Below are positions 46,165-46,673 of a stretch of 46,673 nt of DNA, piece by piece. Origin of the DNA: a virus (Duplodnaviria > Caudoviricetes); the IMG/VR virus record IMGVR_UViG_3300030376_006145, positions 1 through 46,673 of that record; one strand, 5' to 3'. The position numbers and the translations under genes are program-made. Position 1 is the stretch's first letter. Each line of letters begins with the position of its first letter. The notes below the pieces were generated by a model. The model made no database searches. It was not told where the DNA came from and was given only the letters and a program-made list of their open reading frames with translations.

Positions 46165-46464
46165 ATGGCTGTAGTTATAATAAACCTCGACCAATTTGAA
46201 GACTCAGGTGCAAGACCAACAGGAAAACACTGGGTTGACGGACTAATATCTCTTAGTTCTGACTTCTTTGCGCGCAAGAAAGTATACAGAAACTACTTGT
46301 TATTAGAATCTAAGGCTCTACCTCTAAAAGATTGTTTGGATATGCTTAACGAAGCATCATCTGTAGACTTTACATACAGACAAACACTTAAATCTGACGT
46401 AACCATAGAAGTTCTATGTGCTGAGTTAGATAAGTTTTACGACAGTTCTATTGTTGAGCCTTAG
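46165..46464 (+). CDS. Hypothetical protein, 99 aa
   Basis: AT-rich leader TAATAACTTAAACC before the ATG. Confidence 0.7.
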   Translation: MAVVIINLDQFEDSGARPTGKHWVDGLISLSSDFFARKKVYRNYLLLESKALPLKDCLDMLNEASSVDFTYRQTLKSDVTIEVLCAELDKFYDSSIVEP

Positions 46465-46495
46465 TATGATTACGAAGGATAAAGATACGGGAGTT

Positions 46496-46521
46496 GTAAC
46501 AACCTTGCTATGGGTTGTTAC
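46496..46521 (+). other. Hairpin downstream of the 99-aa gene
   Basis: GTAACAACC-N8-GGTTGTTAC, a perfect 9-bp inverted repeat with no U tract. Confidence 0.5.
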
Positions 46522-46673
46522 TGAATGAGCATTTTAAGATTTAACTTAGTTGGATCTTATGTATATGAATGCTTCAAAATCTTCATAGTTCGCGTTCTAT
46601 GCGTGGTAGCACACAAAGACAGAGGATTCATACCCTCTATATTAGAACACCAAGGTTAAGGGAGCTCACCTAT

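Noticed and set aside
46466-46659. Tiny + strand ORFs of 20 aa (MITKDK...) and 44 aa (MSILRF...)
   Set aside because: Short, with no motif support; the first coincides with a hairpin. They cannot be distinguished from chance, although an ATGA overlap exists.
1-46673. Stop-codon reassignment (TAG or TGA), known in some crAss-like phages
   Set aside because: Core genes are full length in the standard code, and TAG (21311, 42303) and TGA are used as stops at tight gene junctions.
1-46673. CRISPR array, tRNA or rRNA genes, integrase or IS elements
   Set aside because: No regularly spaced repeats, cloverleaf/T-loop signatures or recombinase/transposase motifs were seen by eye; tRNAscan-SE on 45084-46673 would confirm.

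Overview
This window is the virion-morphogenesis half of a crAss-like (Crassvirales-type) podovirus, probably infecting Bacteroidota, judged from gene order, TAnnTTTG promoters and AT-rich translation starts without Shine-Dalgarno sites. From 45083 down to 1, all credible genes are on the minus strand. In order they are: small DNA-binding and Zn-finger genes, a GroES-like co-chaperonin, putative TerS, two small paralogues, TerL, portal, scaffold, major capsid protein (MCP), ring, auxiliary-capsid and hub genes, then a ~11.5 kb variable block (fibres, LRR/LamG adhesins, lysis genes, basic microproteins, phosphoesterase), ring, HU/IHF-like and muzzle genes, and large cargo proteins ending in a >1,784-aa giant ORF cut by the window edge. 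Transcription switches to the + strand at ~45.4 kb. Top leads: (1) two ~84-aa genes between terS and terL look like free-standing copies of an internal MCP segment (capsid mimics or decoys); (2) a cargo protein carries a repeat-bounded cassette with a pre-toxin-like linker and an HExxH domain; (3) a recurrent hydrophobic-x-x-GG motif is shared by cargo proteins and an unannotated basic microprotein; (4) there are candidate structured RNAs at 33.3 kb and 45.1-45.3 kb. All assignments rest on manual motif reading and synteny; no database searches were run.
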